Assembly: GCA_038919385.1 (NCBI GenBank)
Contig: JBCKZH010000003.1
Span: 1,207 to 65,206 of the forward strand
Origin: Vicinamibacterales bacterium
GTDB taxonomy: Bacteria > Acidobacteriota > Vicinamibacteria > Vicinamibacterales > UBA2999
DNA length: 64,000 bases
Direction: 5' to 3'
The notes beneath the pieces are model-generated. The model ran no database searches. It saw nothing but the letters and a program-made list of their open reading frames with translations, and had not been told where the DNA came from. This document shows, piece by piece, positions 9,822-22,516 of this stretch; position 1 is the stretch's first letter; the number at the start of each line of letters is the position of its first letter. Position numbers and translations under genes: made by a program.

Positions 9822-10397
9822 CTACTGCCCTACGGTCCGGAACGGCATGCCCATCAGCTGCAGCAGCTTGCGGGCCTCTTCGTCGGTCTTCGCGGTGGTG
9901 ACCACGCTCACGTTCATGCCGCGGTTCTTGTCCACCTTGAGGTAATCGATCTCGAGGAAGATCAGCTGGTCCTTGAGGCCGAGCGTGTAGTTGCCGCGGC
10001 CATCGAAGCCCTTCGGCGACACGCCGCGGAAGTCGCGGACGCGCGGCAGCGCGATGCTCATCAACCGGTCGAGAAATTCGTACATGCGGTTGCCGCGCAG
10101 CGTGACCATGGCGCCGATCGGCTGACCCTGGCGCACCTTGAACTGGGCGATCGACTTCTTCGCCTTGCGCACGGCGGCCTTCTGGCCGGTGATCTTGCCG
10201 AGCTCTTCGGCGCCGGTGTCGACGACCTTGGCGTTCTGGGTCGCCTCGCCGAGACCCATGTTGACCACCACCTTGGTGACCTTGGGCACGGCCATCACGC
10301 TCTTGTAGCCGAACTCCTTCTGGAGCGCGGGGATGACCTCGGCGCGGTACTTGTCGCGCAGCCGTAGCGTCGTCTCGGTTGCCTTTGCCTTGCTCAT
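9822..10397 (-). CDS. rplE: 50S ribosomal protein L5
   Basis: 191 aa. VVNMGLGEA and [19 protein letters not shown]. Confidence 0.95.
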   Translation of the reverse strand: MSKAKATETTLRLRDKYRAEVIPALQKEFGYKSVMAVPKVTKVVVNMGLGEATQNAKVVDTGAEELGKITGQKAAVRKAKKSIAQFKVRQGQPIGAMVTLRGNRMYEFLDRLMSIALPRVRDFRGVSPKGFDGRGNYTLGLKDQLIFLEIDYLKVDKNRGMNVSVVTTAKTDEEARKLLQLMGMPFRTVGQ

Positions 10398-10717
10398 TTG
10401 TCCACCACCGCGCCGCTCTTGCGGCCGATACGCACGCGCGTGCCATCGGGCAGCGTCTTGCTGCCGATGCGCGTCGGCCCGTTGGTCTCCGGGTCCACCA
10501 ACATCACGTTGCTGGCATGGATGGCGGCCTCGCGCTCGACGATCCCGCCCTTGATGTTCTTCTGGGGGTTCGGGCGCGTGTGCCGCTTGATCAGGTTGAC
10601 GCCCTCGACGATCACCCGGTTCTTCTCGGGCAGCACCGACAGCACGCGGCCACGCTTGCCGCGATCCTTGCCGGCGCGGACGACGACCTGGTCGTTTTTA
10701 CGAATCGACATGGCCAT
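10394..10717 (-). CDS. rplX: 50S ribosomal protein L24
   Basis: 107 aa. [24 protein letters not shown] (KOW motif). Confidence 0.94.
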   Translation of the reverse strand: MAMSIRKNDQVVVRAGKDRGKRGRVLSVLPEKNRVIVEGVNLIKRHTRPNPQKNIKGGIVEREAAIHASNVMLVDPETNGPTRIGSKTLPDGTRVRIGRKSGAVVDK

Positions 10718-10721
10718 GGTG

Positions 10722-11090
10722 TTACAGCACCTCTGGCGCGAGCGAGACGATCTTCATGAACCGGCGCTCGCGCAGTTCGCGGGCCACGGGCCCGAACACG
10801 CGGGTGCCAATCGGTTCGCCCGCATCGTTGATCAACACGGCCGCATTGCGGTCGAACCGGATATAACTGCCGTCCTTGCGGCGCTGTTCCTTGCGCACGC
10901 GGACGACCACGGCCTTGACCACCTGGCCCTTCTTGACGGTGCCCTCCGGCGTCGCTTCCTTGACGTTGGCCGTGACGATGTCACCGAGATAGGCATACCG
11001 TCCGGTCGACCCGCCGAGCGGGTTGATCACGGAAATCTTGCGCGCGCCGGAGTTGTCGGCGACGTCGAGGATCGATCGCATCTGGATCAT
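10722..11090 (-). CDS. rplN: 50S ribosomal protein L14
   Basis: ORF 10722..11141. The canonical N-terminus [18 protein letters not shown] starts at the internal Met (11090), giving 122 aa. Confidence 0.95.
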   Translation of the reverse strand: MIQMRSILDVADNSGARKISVINPLGGSTGRYAYLGDIVTANVKEATPEGTVKKGQVVKAVVVRVRKEQRRKDGSYIRFDRNAAVLINDAGEPIGTRVFGPVARELRERRFMKIVSLAPEVL

Positions 11091-11098
11091 GGCGTCTC

Positions 11099-11353
11099 CT
11101 AAACCTGCGAAGCGCGTTCGACGACGCGCACCAGTGCCCACCGCTTGCGCTTGCTGAGCGGCCGCGACTCGGCGATCACCACGGTGTCGCCGAGCTTCGC
11201 GTCGTTGTTCTCATCGTGCGCGACGAACCGCGAGGTGCGCTTCTGCAGCTTGCCGTAGAGGCCGTGCTGCACCCGCCGTTCGCTGGCGACAATGACGCTC
11301 TTCTGCATCTTGTCGCTCACGACCACGCCCTGGACTTCCGCTTTGCCCGCCAT
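11099..11353 (-). CDS. rpsQ: 30S ribosomal protein S17
   Basis: 84 aa. [28 protein letters not shown]. Confidence 0.94.
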   Translation of the reverse strand: MAGKAEVQGVVVSDKMQKSVIVASERRVQHGLYGKLQKRTSRFVAHDENNDAKLGDTVVIAESRPLSKRKRWALVRVVERASQV

Positions 11354-11355
11354 GG

Positions 11356-11544
11356 CTATTTCGCCTTCTCTTTCAGAACCGTGAGGATGCGCGCACGCTC
11401 GCGGCGCACCGTCTTGACCTTCCCGGGGGCCTCCAGCTGGCCCATTGCCTTCTGGATCCGCATGCGGAACAACTGATCGTCGATCTCCTGCGTCTTTGCC
11501 TGCAGCGTCTCGACGTCCATGTCTCTCAATTCAGCGGCCTTCAT
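11356..11544 (-). CDS. rpmC: 50S ribosomal protein L29
   Basis: 62 aa. [31 protein letters not shown]. Confidence 0.93.
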   Translation of the reverse strand: MKAAELRDMDVETLQAKTQEIDDQLFRMRIQKAMGQLEAPGKVKTVRRERARILTVLKEKAK

Positions 11545-11966
11545 GACACCGTCTCCTGGGCAAACCGGGTGGCAAAGCGCACCTTGATGGGCAGCTTGGC
11601 CGACGCCAGTTCGAACGCCCGGCGCGCTTCCGCCGCCGGCACGCCGTTCATCTCGAACAGGATGCGGCCCGGCTTGACCACGCAGACCCAGCCTTCGGGC
11701 GCGCCCTTGCCCTTACCCATGCGGGTTTCCTGCGGCTTCTTGGTGATTGGCTTGTCGGGAAACACCCGCACCCACACCTTGCCGCCGCGCTTCACGAACC
11801 GGGTCATCGCGATCCGGGCCGCCTCGATCTGGCGATCGGTCAGCCAGCACGGCTCCAGGGCCTTCAGCCCAAAGTCGCCGAACGACACGTCGGAGCCGCG
11901 CCACGCCTTGCCGCGCATGCGGCCGCGCTGCTGCTTCCGGTACTTGACCTTCTTCGGCATCAACAT
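11541..11966 (-). CDS. rplP: 50S ribosomal protein L16
   Basis: [21 protein letters not shown], 141 aa. Confidence 0.96.
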   Translation of the reverse strand: MLMPKKVKYRKQQRGRMRGKAWRGSDVSFGDFGLKALEPCWLTDRQIEAARIAMTRFVKRGGKVWVRVFPDKPITKKPQETRMGKGKGAPEGWVCVVKPGRILFEMNGVPAAEARRAFELASAKLPIKVRFATRFAQETVS

Positions 11967-11971
11967 GGTGG

Positions 11972-12712
11972 TTAGCCTCGCGCTCCCGGACGATCGCCGG
12001 ACGGCCGACGCGGGCCGCGATCCCGATCGCGATCGCGGTCGCGGCCGCCGCCGCCGGTGCCAAATTCTTCTTCACGGCTGGTCCGCGGCGTCAGCCGCTC
12101 GCCCTTGTAGAGCCACACCTTGACGCCAATCTTGCCGTAGGTGGTGTTGGCCTCCGCGAAGCCGTAGTCGATGTCCGCGCGCAGTGTCTGCAGCGGCAAC
12201 TGGCCGTGCAGGTACCACTCCGAGCGGGCGATTTCCGCGCCGTTGAGGCGGCCCGACACGCGCACCTTGATGCCGCGCGCGCCGAAGCGCAGCGCCGACT
12301 CGACCGCCTTGCGCATCGCGCGGCGGAACGCCACGCGCTTCTCGAGCTGCATCGCGACCGATTCGCCGACCAGCTGCGCATCCAATTCCGGCTTTTGGAT
12401 TTCCTGGATGTTGATGAAGACCTCGCGGTTGGTCCGCTTCTGGATCTCCTGCTTCAGCTTGTCGACTTCCTGTCCCTTGCGCCCGATGATGATGCCGGGA
12501 CGCGAGGTGTGGATGTTGATCTTCAGATTGCGGGCCGCGCGCTCGATCTCGATCATCGCGACGCCGGCGTGCTGAAACCGCTTCTTCAGGTCCTTCTTGA
12601 GCGCCAGGTCCTCGTGCAGGAGGTTGGCGTAGTCCTTGGTCGCGAACCAGCGCGACTTCCAGGTCTTGTTGAACCCGATGCGAAACCCGTAAGGGTGAAC
12701 TTTCTGGCCCAC
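11972..12712 (-). CDS. rpsC: 30S ribosomal protein S3 with an (RD)n/Gly-rich C-terminal tail
   Basis: [24 protein letters not shown], 246 aa. The tail is [27 protein letters not shown]. Confidence 0.96.
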   Translation of the reverse strand: MGQKVHPYGFRIGFNKTWKSRWFATKDYANLLHEDLALKKDLKKRFQHAGVAMIEIERAARNLKINIHTSRPGIIIGRKGQEVDKLKQEIQKRTNREVFINIQEIQKPELDAQLVGESVAMQLEKRVAFRRAMRKAVESALRFGARGIKVRVSGRLNGAEIARSEWYLHGQLPLQTLRADIDYGFAEANTTYGKIGVKVWLYKGERLTPRTSREEEFGTGGGGRDRDRDRDRGPRRPSGDRPGARG

Positions 12713-12713
12713 G

Positions 12714-13097
12714 TTACTTTCCCTTCTCTGCGGCTGGCACGGCCTTGATCGCCTGGGCCCGCTCCGTCACTTCCACAGTGAGGTGCGTGGTCCGCTTCAC
12801 GATCCGGAACGCCCGGCCCATCGGGGCGGGACGGACGCGCTTCTGCGACGGCCCGTTATTGGCGAACGCGCCCGAGACGAACAGCCGGGCAACATCGCCG
12901 CCGAACGCTTCCTGCTGCTTCGCGTTGGCGACCGCCGAGCGCAGCACCTTGGCCACGTCGCGCGCCACCGACTTGCGGCTGAACTGCAGCGCCGACAGCG
13001 CCATGTTCACGTCCTTGCCGCGGATTAAATCAAGCACGAGCCCGGCCTTCTGGGCCGACGTGCGGATGTACTTGGCGGTCGCCTCTGCGCGCACCAT
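12714..13097 (-). CDS. rplV: 50S ribosomal protein L22
   Basis: 127 aa. [27 protein letters not shown]. Confidence 0.94.
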   Translation of the reverse strand: MVRAEATAKYIRTSAQKAGLVLDLIRGKDVNMALSALQFSRKSVARDVAKVLRSAVANAKQQEAFGGDVARLFVSGAFANNGPSQKRVRPAPMGRAFRIVKRTTHLTVEVTERAQAIKAVPAAEKGK

Positions 13098-13100
13098 GGC

Positions 13101-13421
13101 TTAGCCCTTTCCTGCCGGTGCCGCCGGCGCGCCGCCCGGAGCCGGAGAGGCCGACTTGTCGGAACGAGCCGAGTGGCCCCTGAACAGTCGCGTCGGCGAG
13201 AACTCGCCGAGCTTGTGGCCCACCATGTTCTCGGTCAGGTAGACCGGCACGAACTTCCTGCCGTTGTGCACCGCCAGTGTGTGCCCCACCATCTCGGGGA
13301 TCACCGTCGAGCGGCGCGACCAGGTCTTGATGACCCTTTTCTCGTTCGACCGGTTCATCGCCTCGACCTTTTCGAGGAGATGCGTGTCGACGAACGGACC
13401 TTTTTTGAGTGAGCGGCTCAT
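13101..13421 (-). CDS. rpsS: 30S ribosomal protein S19 (Ala/Pro-rich tail)
   Basis: [19 protein letters not shown] and [27 protein letters not shown]. Confidence 0.95.
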   Translation of the reverse strand: MSRSLKKGPFVDTHLLEKVEAMNRSNEKRVIKTWSRRSTVIPEMVGHTLAVHNGRKFVPVYLTENMVGHKLGEFSPTRLFRGHSARSDKSASPAPGGAPAAPAGKG

Positions 13422-13424
13422 AAA

Positions 13425-14249
13425 TTATTTACTGCGTCGTTGAACGATGAACTTGTCGCTCGGCTGCGGCCGGCGCGTCTTGTAGCCCTTGGTCGGCACG
13501 CCCCACGGCGTCACCGGGTGACGACCGCCCGAGGTCTTGCCTTCGCCACCACCCAGTGGGTGGTCCACCGGGTTCATGGCAACGCCGCGCACGTGCGGAC
13601 GCTTGCCCAGCCAGCGGCTGCGGCCGGCCTTGCCGATCGAGACATTCTCGTGGTCGATGTTGCCGACCTGGCCGATCGTGGCCAGGCAGTCATGGTAGAT
13701 TTTGCGGATTTCGCCCGACGGCATCTTCACCGAGACGTAGTTGCCTTCCTTGGCGACCACCTGCACGCTGGCCCCGGCGCTGCGCGCCATCTGGCCACCC
13801 TTGCCGGGCTTCAGTTCCACGTTGTGGACCATCGTGCCCTGCGGGATGTTCTTGAGCGGCAGGCAATTGCCCGTCAGGATGTCGACGTTGTCGCCGGCGA
13901 TGATCGCGTCACCGACCTTCAGCCCCATCGGCTGCAGGATGTAGCGCTTCTCGCCGTCGGCGTAGTTGACGAGCGCGATGCGCGCCGAGCGGTTCGGGTC
14001 GTACTCGATGGTCGCGACCTTGCCCGGAATGCCGGTCTTGTCGCGCTTGAAGTCGATGATGCGATAGAGGCGCTTGTGCCCGCCCCCGCGCCACCAAATG
14101 GTCTGCTCGCCCGTGTTGTTGCGGCCACCCGTCGTGTGCAGGTTCTCGGTCAGCGGCCGGTACGGCTTGTCGGTCGTAATCTCGTCGAACACCAGCACCG
14201 TCATCTGGCGACGGCCCGGCGTAGTCGGCTTGTATTTGCGGATCGGCAT
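13425..14249 (-). CDS. rplB: 50S ribosomal protein L2
   Basis: ORF 13425..14345. The canonical start [18 protein letters not shown] is the internal Met at 14249 (274 aa). Confidence 0.95.
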   Translation of the reverse strand: MPIRKYKPTTPGRRQMTVLVFDEITTDKPYRPLTENLHTTGGRNNTGEQTIWWRGGGHKRLYRIIDFKRDKTGIPGKVATIEYDPNRSARIALVNYADGEKRYILQPMGLKVGDAIIAGDNVDILTGNCLPLKNIPQGTMVHNVELKPGKGGQMARSAGASVQVVAKEGNYVSVKMPSGEIRKIYHDCLATIGQVGNIDHENVSIGKAGRSRWLGKRPHVRGVAMNPVDHPLGGGEGKTSGGRHPVTPWGVPTKGYKTRRPQPSDKFIVQRRSK

Positions 14250-14259
14250 ATCGTCCCTC

Positions 14260-14550
14260 TTATGCGCCTTCGAGGAAGTCCGGCATCTTTTCGCCCGCAC
14301 GCAGCGTGACGTATGCCTTCTTCCAGTCGGAACGGCGGCCGACAAAACGGCCCTGGCGCTTCAGCTTGCCGCGGGTGATCGACGTGCGCACGTCGGCCAC
14401 CTTCGCGCCCAATAATTTCTCGATGGCGCGGCGAATATCGATCTTGTTCGCGGCCTTCGCCACTTCGAACACCACGGTCTTGCCATCGTCACGCAGGACC
14501 GTGGTCTTCTCGGTGATCAGCGGCCGGCGGATGACTTCAGTAAGTTTCAT
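14260..14550 (-). CDS. rplW: 50S ribosomal protein L23
   Basis: 96 aa. [13 protein letters not shown] and [23 protein letters not shown]. Confidence 0.94.
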   Translation of the reverse strand: MKLTEVIRRPLITEKTTVLRDDGKTVVFEVAKAANKIDIRRAIEKLLGAKVADVRTSITRGKLKRQGRFVGRRSDWKKAYVTLRAGEKMPDFLEGA

Positions 14551-14552
14551 GA

Positions 14553-15194
14553 TTACCCTTCGACTCCCTTACGGTCGCTCAGGGCCGCCGCCAGCTTTTC
14601 CATCGCCGCCGTCGTCAGCACCACCTGGCGGCTGTCGGCAATGTCGCGGGCGGTCACGGTGTTGCTCTGCACCAGCCTGACGCGGGCAATGTTACGCACC
14701 GACATCTTGAAGTTGTCGTCGAGCCGAGCGTCAACCAGCAACGCCTTGCCCTTGACGCCAATCGCCCTCAGCACGCCGACCACCGACTTGGTCTTGACCT
14801 CCGACGCCGTCAAGGCGTCGACGATGATCACCGAGCCGGACTGCAGCTTCTCCATCAAGGCCGCGCGCAACGCGCCCTTCTCGACCTTCTTCGGGATCGA
14901 GTACTCGTAGCTGCGTGGCTGGGGACCGAACACCGTGCCGCCGCCACGCCAGAGCGGGTTGCGGATTTCGCCGACCCGGGCGCGGCCGGTGCCCTTCTGG
15001 CGCCACGGCTTCTTGCCGCTGCCGCGGACCATGGCGCGAGTCTTGGTGCCGTGCGTGCCGCGGCGCTCGGCCGCGTTGAGCCGCACCACGGATTCGTGGA
15101 TGAGGTCGGTCTTCACGCGTCCGCCAAACACCTCGTCGTTGAGGGTGACGGAGCCGACCTTCTTGTTTTCCGCGTTCACGACATCGATAGTCAT
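14553..15194 (-). CDS. rplD: 50S ribosomal protein L4
   Basis: 213 aa. GSGKKPWRQKGTGRARVGEIRNPLWRGGGTVFGP. Confidence 0.95.
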   Translation of the reverse strand: MTIDVVNAENKKVGSVTLNDEVFGGRVKTDLIHESVVRLNAAERRGTHGTKTRAMVRGSGKKPWRQKGTGRARVGEIRNPLWRGGGTVFGPQPRSYEYSIPKKVEKGALRAALMEKLQSGSVIIVDALTASEVKTKSVVGVLRAIGVKGKALLVDARLDDNFKMSVRNIARVRLVQSNTVTARDIADSRQVVLTTAAMEKLAAALSDRKGVEG

Positions 15195-15200
15195 GGCGTC

Positions 15201-15887
15201 CTACTTCTTGCCCTTCTTGGGCTTTTCCTGCAGCTGCGGCCGCGGCTCTGGCTTCGCGGCCACCGCCTTGCGAATCACCACGTAGCCGCCGTTCGCGCCG
15301 GGAATCGCACCCTTCACGAGCAGCAGATGGTTCTCGGAATCAATCTTCAACACCTTGAGGTTGCGAACTGTGACCCGGTCCACACCCATGTGCCCGTGCG
15401 CGCGCATGCCGGGCATGACGCGTGATGGATACGACGAGGCGCCAATCGAACCCGGCGCGCGATGGAACATCGAGCCGTGACTGGCAGGGCCGCCGCGGAA
15501 GTGGTGACGCTTCACCACGCCCTGGAAGCCATGGCCCTTGCTCGTGCCGATCACGTCCACGCGCTCGCCCTGGTTGAAGATCGAGACCAGCACCTGGTCA
15601 CCGGGCTTCGGTGCTTCCGCGCCCTTGGCGACTTTGACCTCGCGCTGCACGCGCGTCGGCGGCACGTTGGCCTTCTTGTGGTGACCCGTCAGCGCCTGGT
15701 TGGCGTTGCGGATGGGATGGCTCTCCACCAACCCGAGCTGCACCGCGTCATAGCCGTCGGTCTGACCCGACTTGCTCTGCACGACGATGCACGGGCCGGC
15801 CTGGATGACCGTGACAGGTTCGAGCGTGCCGTCCTCGAGGAACAGCTGCGTCATCCCGACTTTCTTACCGATGATTCCGGTGACCAT
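15201..15887 (-). CDS. rplC: 50S ribosomal protein L3
   Basis: 228 aa. [13 protein letters not shown] and [24 protein letters not shown]. Confidence 0.95.
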   Translation of the reverse strand: MVTGIIGKKVGMTQLFLEDGTLEPVTVIQAGPCIVVQSKSGQTDGYDAVQLGLVESHPIRNANQALTGHHKKANVPPTRVQREVKVAKGAEAPKPGDQVLVSIFNQGERVDVIGTSKGHGFQGVVKRHHFRGGPASHGSMFHRAPGSIGASSYPSRVMPGMRAHGHMGVDRVTVRNLKVLKIDSENHLLLVKGAIPGANGGYVVIRKAVAAKPEPRPQLQEKPKKGKK

Positions 15888-15893
15888 CGCGTC

Positions 15894-16223
<330 letters not shown>

Positions 16224-16272
16224 GTCTTTCGTCTTTCGCTTTTCGTCGTTCGTTATTCGCGATACGTCCGGA

Positions 16273-18381
<2,109 letters not shown>

Positions 18382-18431
18382 TTAGGTCAAGAACCTGGTA
18401 AATTCAGAATTCGAAATTTGCAATTGCGAAG

Positions 18432-18905
18432 CTACCAGCGGTAGTGCGCGAACGCCTTGTTCGCTTCCGCCATGCGGTGCGTGTCTTCGCGCTTCTTGAC
18501 GGCGCCGCCACGCAGGTTGGCGGCATCGAGCAGCTCGTTGGCCAGCTTTTCCTGCATCGTCTTGCCGTCGCCACGCGAGCGGGCAAAACCCACCAGCCAG
18601 CGGATGCTCAGCGAGAGCCGCCGGTTGGGGTTGACCTCGATCGGCACCTGGTAGTTCGAACCGCCGACGCGGCGCGACTTCACTTCGAGCGACGGCTTGA
18701 CGTTGTCGACGGCCTTCTTGAAGACCTTGAGCGGATCATCGCCCGACCGTTCCTTGATCAGGTCGAAGCTCTGGTAGAGGATGCGCTCGGCGGTCGAACG
18801 CTTGCCCTCGCTCATGATCGTGTTGATGAACTTGGTGACGAGCGGACTCCCGTAGAGGGCGTCCGGCAACAGTTCACGTTTCGCGATTACTCGTCTGCGC
18901 GGCAT
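18432..18905 (-). CDS. rpsG: 30S ribosomal protein S7
   Basis: [15 protein letters not shown], 157 aa, C-terminal AHYRW. Confidence 0.96.
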   Translation of the reverse strand: MPRRRVIAKRELLPDALYGSPLVTKFINTIMSEGKRSTAERILYQSFDLIKERSGDDPLKVFKKAVDNVKPSLEVKSRRVGGSNYQVPIEVNPNRRLSLSIRWLVGFARSRGDGKTMQEKLANELLDAANLRGGAVKKREDTHRMAEANKAFAHYRW

Positions 18906-18914
18906 AAATCTCTC

Positions 18915-19289
18915 TTAGGACTTCGGGCGCTTGGCGCCGTACTTCGAACGACCCTGCTTGCGGCCCTGCACACCGACGGCGTCGAGGGTGCCGCGCACCA
19001 CGTGGTAGCGGACGCCCGGCAGGTCTTTCACGCGACCGCCGCGGATCAGCACCAGCGAGTGCTCCTGCAGGTTATGGCCGACACCCGGAATGTAGGTGGT
19101 GACTTCAATCTTGTTGGTCAGGCGGACACGCGCCACCTTGCGAAGCGCCGAGTTCGGCTTCTTCGGGGTTTGCGTGAAGACGCGCACACAGACGCCGCGC
19201 TTCTGCGGACTGTTCTGCAGCGCCGGGCTCTTCGTCTTCCACTCGACCTTCTCGCGTCCCTTGCGGACCAGCTGACTAATCGTCGGCAC
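18915..19289 (-). CDS. rpsL: 30S ribosomal protein S12
   Basis: ORF 18915..19355. The conserved N-terminus (V/M)[13 protein letters not shown] begins at the in-frame GTG at 19289, giving 124 aa. [16 protein letters not shown] is present. Confidence 0.93.
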   Translation of the reverse strand: MPTISQLVRKGREKVEWKTKSPALQNSPQKRGVCVRVFTQTPKKPNSALRKVARVRLTNKIEVTTYIPGVGHNLQEHSLVLIRGGRVKDLPGVRYHVVRGTLDAVGVQGRKQGRSKYGAKRPKS

Positions 19290-19361
19290 GAGCACTCCAC
19301 AGCGCCGCAGGCCCTCGACAAACCCCAATGGTCTGTCGCCACAGGCGCGGCGCAACTAACG

Positions 19362-19402
19362 AAAAAAACGCCCACCACCTCCCTCGCGGGCGGTTGTGGT
19401 GC
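19362..19402 (-). terminator. terminator-like hairpin plus U7 in the rpsL leader (possible attenuator, or terminator of upstream transcription)
   Basis: Minus strand: CACCAC-aa-CCGCCC-gcga-GGGAGG-GTGGTG, then GGCG, then TTTTTTT, ending about 70 nt upstream of the rpsL start. The stem is imperfect and the U-tract is 4 nt from it. Confidence 0.35.
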
Positions 19403-19833
19403 CCGAGGCCTGAAAGCCCACCACCTCATCAAGAGGCCGGCGGCTTGGCACCTCGCGCGGTAAAACCCTACTAATGGTGTTTTCGGCATCGGCGGACGCT
19501 ATTTCGCTCGGCTCTTCGAAGCTCGAACTCTTTGCAGTTCCCCGTTTCCGGGGCTCCGCGCGGACGCGTCACGATGCGGTTGAGACTAGATAGGGTGTCC
19601 TAGCCTCACGAGAACCTGACGAATATAGCACGCACCGAGAAAAACTAGCAACCCTGCTCGGTCGCTCGGCCTCTTGAAGGCCTGAAACCTGCCCATCTGC
19701 ACGGTTTTGCGTATCTCGGTAGCGGCGTCTCGCACTGCTTGTAACGAGTTGCAGCTCCGTCTCAATTAACCGTCTGTAGTAGAGTGCGTAGCCAGAACTT
19801 ACACATCGGTCAACCGCCTGTGGACCCAAAGCT

Positions 19834-20394
19834 ATGACGACCGCGATCCCGGCATTCTGCATCACCTGCGGAATGAAATTAGTGAGCGGCGCGGCGTTCT
19901 GCGCCGGTTGCGGCATCAAGCAGGCTGGCGGTGCTGCCACTAGCGAGCAGGCGCCACCAATCCCGGTAGCCGAGATAGGCGCCCCGCCGACACCAAGTGC
20001 CCAACCCGCGAAACCCGCAAGTGTCGGCCGGGCGACCACGCTGCTTTGGGCCTCACTCGGGATCGGAACATTGAATGCCCTCATCTACTCGGACACCTTG
20101 TCCGCGCTGGCTGGGGTCACCGTCGGGATAATGGCGATTATCACTATTGTCAGCATGGCGATCTCGGCGGGGCTCGTTGTGATGGTCGACAGCCGAAAGA
20201 ACTGGGCGCGAGTCACCTTGCTCGTTCTGGGGGTGCCTGGGGCACTTATCTGGCTCCTGTCGCCGCAGGTCAGAATCGTCTTCCAGGTCATTCCGTTCTC
20301 CGGCATTCTCAGCCTCGCGGCTTATGGCTCGCAGGTTGTCGCATTGGTTCTCCTCTTCAAACCCGAGGCGAACAACTGGTTCCGGCTGCCATGA
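19834..20394 (+). CDS. zinc-ribbon domain membrane protein (N-terminal CxxC-x10-CxxC, Pro-rich linker, about 4 TM helices)
   Basis: 186 aa. MTTAIPAFCITCGMKLVSGAAFCAGCGIKQ then hydrophobic segments (LLWASLGIGTLNALIY, VTVGIMAIITIVSMAISAGLVVMV, VTLLVLGVPGALIWLL, ILSLAAYGSQVVALVLLF). The local GC looks lower than in the flanks. Confidence 0.65.
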   Translation: MTTAIPAFCITCGMKLVSGAAFCAGCGIKQAGGAATSEQAPPIPVAEIGAPPTPSAQPAKPASVGRATTLLWASLGIGTLNALIYSDTLSALAGVTVGIMAIITIVSMAISAGLVVMVDSRKNWARVTLLVLGVPGALIWLLSPQVRIVFQVIPFSGILSLAAYGSQVVALVLLFKPEANNWFRLP

Positions 20395-20602
20395 CGAGAG
20401 TCGTTCCATGACCGAAAAGGAGTGGCAGGACAAACTCACCAGGAATATCCGCGTGGTCAGCTCAATCGTGCTGGCACGGGGTCTGTTTCTCGCCTCAATC
20501 TAGCCGAGCATCCTTCGTTCACAAGCGGCGTCGTCCGGCGCCACCAACGGTGCCTACTGGGATAACTTCCTGGAGAGCAGCATCTACGGTCGGTCGCGGA
20601 GG

Positions 20603-20887
20603 ATGGCTGCCAGGGAGCAAGGGGAACGGGCACAACAAACTGGCCTGCAGATGATCATGCTTGGCGGGGCGGTGCTGTTGCTCGTGCGCTACACGACCGT
20701 GATGGACTTCGTAGCGAGGAACATTCGGCAGCAGTCGCCGACTGCGACCGGCACAGACGCGGCCGCGACCGAAAACGCGAGGACGCAGCCTCCAGGCCCG
20801 ACCGTTGCGTGCTGCGGTGCGTGCGGCACCCAGCTTCCCGACGCCGTAGCGTTCTGCCCGGTTTGTGGAGCGCGCCGAATGGAATAG
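20603..20887 (+). CDS. small membrane-anchored protein with a C-terminal zinc ribbon
   Basis: 94 aa. TM segment MIMLGGAVLLLVRY, then CCGACGTQLPDAVAFCPVCGARR at the C-terminus. The start codon is uncertain. Confidence 0.5.
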   Translation: MAAREQGERAQQTGLQMIMLGGAVLLLVRYTTVMDFVARNIRQQSPTATGTDAAATENARTQPPGPTVACCGACGTQLPDAVAFCPVCGARRME

Positions 20888-20916
20888 GGCCGATTCCTTC
20901 CCCTATACTGTGCGCC

Positions 20917-21270
20917 ATGCGAATCGTCGCGATCCTCGTCGCTATATGTGGTTTTGGCCCATTGATCAACGCTCAGGCTCCAGTCCCGACAGTCGTCGAT
21001 AGCGCCACGGTCAAGGTTCTCACCGGCCTGCTGGCTCCTGACTTCCAGGAAGAAATGAACCACATGGTCCAGGCGCTGGGCGTCACCTGCGGCACCTGCC
21101 ACGTCCGCGGCAATTTCGCGAGCGACGACAACCCGAAGAAATTGACGGCGCGGCGGATGCTTGAAATGACCAAAGCCATCAACAAGCAGTTCTTCCCCGA
21201 CCACAAACCGAAGTCGGGCGAATCCGTGCTGGGTCGCGTCACCTGCTACATTGGCCACCTCATCCAGTGA
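20917..21270 (+). CDS. secreted c-type cytochrome, apparently truncated or mutated at the second heme motif
   Basis: ORF 20809..21270. Signal peptide from the internal Met (MRIVAILVAICGFGPLINAQA). CGTCH heme motif at 21088-21102. As I recall the related small cytochromes (reaction-centre cytochrome c-like), a second VTCYxCH is expected, but the gene reads VTCYIGHLIQ* and stops. Confidence 0.6.
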   Translation: MRIVAILVAICGFGPLINAQAPVPTVVDSATVKVLTGLLAPDFQEEMNHMVQALGVTCGTCHVRGNFASDDNPKKLTARRMLEMTKAINKQFFPDHKPKSGESVLGRVTCYIGHLIQ

Positions 21271-22032
21271 GACCGGGACCAGCAAGGCCAGCGTCACCAG
21301 CACTGCGAAGACCGACGCCATCACGACGGTGTCTTTCGCCACGTGCCACGGGAAGAACGTCTCACCCGGGCCGGGCTGGGGCTCGAGAGGACCCGAGATG
21401 CCGTGCTTTCGCATCAAGGCGATGTGCGCGATGATCAGGGTGACGAGCGCCGCCGGCAGCAGGAACACATGCGCCGAGTACCAGCGCCCCAGCGTGAGCG
21501 CGCCCAGTTCCTGGCCGCCACGCATCAGATCCGCGAGGTACTCTCCGGCCAGCGGCGTGCCGCGCGCCACGTTGATCGTGACCGTGGTCGCCCAGTACGC
21601 CTTCTGGTCCCACGGCAACAGGTAGCCGCTCAGCGAGAACCCGAGGATCACCAGCAGCATCAGCAGGCCGCTCAGCCACGTCACTTCGCGCGGCGCCTTG
21701 TACGACCCAAGCAGGAACACCCGCAGCATATGCACGACCGCCGCGACGACCAGAAAGCTCGCTCCCCAGTAGTGCAGGCCGCGCAGCATCCAGCCGAGCG
21801 TCAGCTCTTGCATGATGAACCGCACGCTGTCGTACGCCAGCGACGGCGCCGGCACGTAGTACATCGTCAGGCCCACGCCGGTGATGAACTGGCAGACGAC
21901 GAGTAAGGTGACGACGCTGCCAGTGGTGAACGGCCAGCTGGTGCCGGGCGGCAGCTCCTCGTCGAGCGCACGACGAACGATCGCGCGGTAGCCGGTACGC
22001 GAGTCGGGCCAATTGAGTATGGTGGCGATCAC
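21259..22032 (-). pseudogene. cytochrome b (b6 plus subunit-IV type), 3'-truncated; the ORF reads on without a stop to 20689, antisense to the neighbouring genes
   Basis: GTG start one nt after the Rieske stop (VIATILNWPDSRTGY...). Helix B GLHYWGASFLVVAAVVHMLR and helix D YSAHVFLLPAALVTLIIAHIALMRKHGISGPL carry the heme His pairs. Homology continues into FFPWHVAKDTVVMASVFAVLVTLALLVPVSLDEVAN and stops before any PEWY motif. The remaining ~190 codons of ORF 20689..22110 are antisense to the cytochrome c and zinc-ribbon genes. Confidence 0.7.
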
Positions 22033-22033
22033 G

Positions 22034-22516
22034 CTAGACCTGCACCATGACCGTGCCGCGCTCGATTCGCGTCGGAATCCGGGCCAGCGGCGACGGCGGC
22101 GGCCCGCCAATCACGTTGCCCTCCGCGTCGTAGAGGCCGCCGTGGCAGGGGCACTCGATGCGCCTCGTCTCGGCGTTGTACCGCGTGCGGCACCCGAGAT
22201 GCGTGCACGTGGAGTCGAGCGCACGCACGTCATCGCCCGACTTCACCAGGTACACCACCCGGCGATCGACGACCTCGGTCGCGCCGTCCAATCGCGAGAA
22301 CCGCAGGGTAACGGGCACGGGTGTGTCCTCCACCAGGTGCGGCAGGTCACCGGCCGCCAGCCACAGCGGCGCGCGGCGGGTGAAGCTGGGCGCGACAACC
22401 GCCCCGCCGACGACGAAGGCGAGGGTGGCGCCAATGCTGGCCTGCACGGTTTGGATGACGCGAACGAGAAAGCCGCGGCGTCCCGCGGGGTCGTGGTGTG
22501 AGCTGCAGACGTCCAT
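22034..22516 (-). CDS. Rieske [2Fe-2S] subunit with Tat signal
   Basis: 160 aa. GRRGFLV twin-arginine motif. CTHLGC...CPCHGG cluster-binding boxes. Confidence 0.9.
   Translation of the reverse strand: MDVCSSHHDPAGRRGFLVRVIQTVQASIGATLAFVVGGAVVAPSFTRRAPLWLAAGDLPHLVEDTPVPVTLRFSRLDGATEVVDRRVVYLVKSGDDVRALDSTCTHLGCRTRYNAETRRIECPCHGGLYDAEGNVIGGPPPSPLARIPTRIERGTVMVQV

Noticed and set aside
19569-20084. 171-aa minus-strand ORF upstream of rpsL
   Set aside because: It overlaps the better-supported plus-strand zinc-ribbon gene and the intergenic leader. It has no motifs and an odd composition, so it is probably not coding.
20689-21258. C-terminal ~190 codons of the long cytochrome b ORF
   Set aside because: No cytochrome b similarity remains after ...SLDEVAN. 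The stretch is exactly antisense to the signal-peptide-bearing cytochrome c gene and the zinc-ribbon gene. It is treated as read-through caused by loss of the native 3' end, not as real protein sequence.
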